In this document: one piece after another, positions 24,509-25,217 of the stretch
Position numbering within the stretch: the stretch's first letter is position 1
Layout: each line of letters starts with the position of its first letter
Source: a virus
Virus record (IMG/VR): IMGVR_UViG_3300027904_000001
DNA length: 25,217 nt
Reading direction: 5' to 3' (one strand)
Notes under the pieces: generated by a model
The model's input: only the letters and a program-made list of their open reading frames with translations
Told to the model about the DNA's origin: nothing
Database searches by the model: none
Made by a program: the position numbers and the translations under genes

Positions 24509-24847
24509 TCAATCCTCTATTCTCAAATTATTATGCATATCCTTTCTTTTAATAGCATTTTCAAAATCCAATCTGCTTTCATAAAACCAATCTTCAAATA
24601 TTATTTTTAAAGTGTCGTCATTTTTATGATAACGCATTCTGACAGAATTATAACGCATTCTTGATTCATGTTCACTCTTTATGTCATTCCCGGTTATCAT
24701 GATTTTTTCACCGAAGAAGTCGAATTCGACATTATTGATTGTATCATCATCCCCTATGTATTGCCCCGCTTTAAAAATTAACCATGCCCAACGCATCATG
24801 TCTTTTTCTTCAAATATTGTTTCCGTTTTCAGATATATTATAATCAC
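24509..24847 (-). CDS. hypothetical protein (112 aa)
   Basis: Minus-strand ORF in the same cluster. No recognisable motif. Confidence 0.5.
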   Translation of the reverse strand: MIIIYLKTETIFEEKDMMRWAWLIFKAGQYIGDDDTINNVEFDFFGEKIMITGNDIKSEHESRMRYNSVRMRYHKNDDTLKIIFEDWFYESRLDFENAIKRKDMHNNLRIED

Positions 24848-24900
24848 CTCGTTTCTTTTGATTATATCATTATTTAGCAGTTCTGTTAAGAAAAACTAAT

Positions 24901-25217
24901 CTAATTCTGCCACCTATCGAGTCCTTTTTTCTCTTTTTTTGGCATTATGGATTCTATGCCAATTGCCTTCTTCTCGGCTTCTACTTTTGACAAATCAAAT
25001 TTCGGATTTCTTATTGAACTAATTAACATACCTACAATATTTCCAATTTTACCATTTTGCAATTGTAATACTTTCAGTATGCTTTCTAACCGCTCCATAC
25101 TGAAGTTCTGTGTATTGGCAATGCTTTGTAAGTTCGCACGGGTTAATTCTGTTTTTGGCTCAAAATATTTTAATATCATTTGATTAATGGCATCTAAGTC
25201 AATAGCAGAATTATCAA
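24901..25217 (-). CDS. hypothetical protein, N-terminally truncated by the window edge
   Basis: The minus-strand frame stays open through 25217 beyond the annotated Met at 25179, so the gene likely starts outside the window. It contains an HTH-like segment (TELTRANLQSIANTQNFSMERLESIL) at low confidence. Confidence 0.45.
   Translation of the reverse strand, partial: DNSAIDLDAINQMILKYFEPKTELTRANLQSIANTQNFSMERLESILKVLQLQNGKIGNIVGMLISSIRNPKFDLSKVEAEKKAIGIESIMPKKEKKGLDRWQN

Noticed and set aside
24172-25183. + strand ORFs 24172..24387, 24177..24584, 24681..24899 and 24947..25183
   Set aside because: Antisense to the coherent, translationally coupled minus-strand gene cluster. The translations are low-complexity F/I/L-rich.

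Overview
This AT-rich window (roughly one-third GC by eye) is almost entirely the morphogenesis-to-lysis arm of a siphovirus-type prophage or phage-derived element, apparently from a low-GC Gram-positive host. Everything from 1 to about 23,570 is on the + strand and tightly packed, with many ATGA/TAATG stop-start overlaps. The gene order is: a 5'-truncated structural gene; a 740-aa Kelch-like double beta-propeller protein; a small acidic and small basic protein pair; a Mu F / SPP1 gp7-like minor head protein; four small neck/connector genes; a major-tail-like gene; two chaperone-like genes; a 1479-aa tape measure protein with three 132-bp internal repeats; a short Dit; two unusual structural genes, one with ~22-aa repeats; a Tal with a Ser/Thr/Gly linker and a long His-x-His repeat region; two small genes; a second 761-aa Kelch-like propeller protein that is a clear paralog of the first; a 59-aa acidic Cys peptide; a self-contained promoter-gene-terminator moron encoding a Cys-repeat protein; an Amidase_2 endolysin; a second wall-binding hydrolase; two single-TM holin-like genes; and a membrane-anchored sigma-70 region-4-like protein. 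From 23,725 to the window end there is a convergent minus-strand cluster of five small unknown genes. No rRNA, tRNA, CRISPR array, integrase or terminase is recognisable, and no major capsid or scaffold gene is recognisable either. All functional calls rest on motif-level recognition by eye and on gene order, and no database search was run.
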